From Klebsormidium nitens (taxonomy: Eukaryota; Plantae; Klebsormidiophyceae), in NCBI GenBank assembly GCA_000708835.1, contig DF237057.1, forward strand, positions 62,001 through 126,000: 64,000 bases of DNA, given 5' to 3'. Numbering within the stretch: position 1 is the first letter of the stretch; each line of letters opens with the position of its first letter. Position numbers and translations under genes: made by a program. The notes under the pieces were generated by a model, which ran no database searches, was not told the origin of the DNA, and worked only from the letters and a program-made list of their open reading frames with translations. Of the stretch, positions 63,991 through 64,000 are shown in pieces.

Positions 63991-64000
63991 CGGGAAAATT

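Overview
Intron-rich eukaryotic nuclear DNA with GC-rich exons, GT-AG introns and two assembly gaps (4901-5412, 47523-48251). The gene set and exon style suggest a streptophyte alga, Klebsormidium-like (inference). Genes were reconstructed by hand from splice sites, reading frame and recalled family motifs; no database search was run. In order: a Pro/Ser-rich protein with a C-terminal RING (+); AUGMIN subunit 5 (-); a GATA zinc finger/2xWRC/coiled-coil/RING protein (+); a 7-exon cyanobacterial-type LptF/LptG (YjgP/YjgQ, Ycf84-like) permease with a transit-peptide-like N-terminus (-), head-to-head with a conserved plant Cys/His protein (+); a chromomethylase with two large insertions and one frame inconsistency (-); a BSU1-like Kelch phosphatase (-); a small predicted secreted protein (+); and the 3' end of an unidentified gene (-). 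Main leads: (1) a spliced nuclear LptF/G-like gene, suggesting a retained plastid-envelope Lpt-type lipid transport system; (2) the GATA-WRC-WRC-RING architecture; (3) introns in four unrelated genes that contain decaying tandem copies of the adjacent exon boundary with splice sites often retained. No rRNA, tRNA or CRISPR array was recognised.
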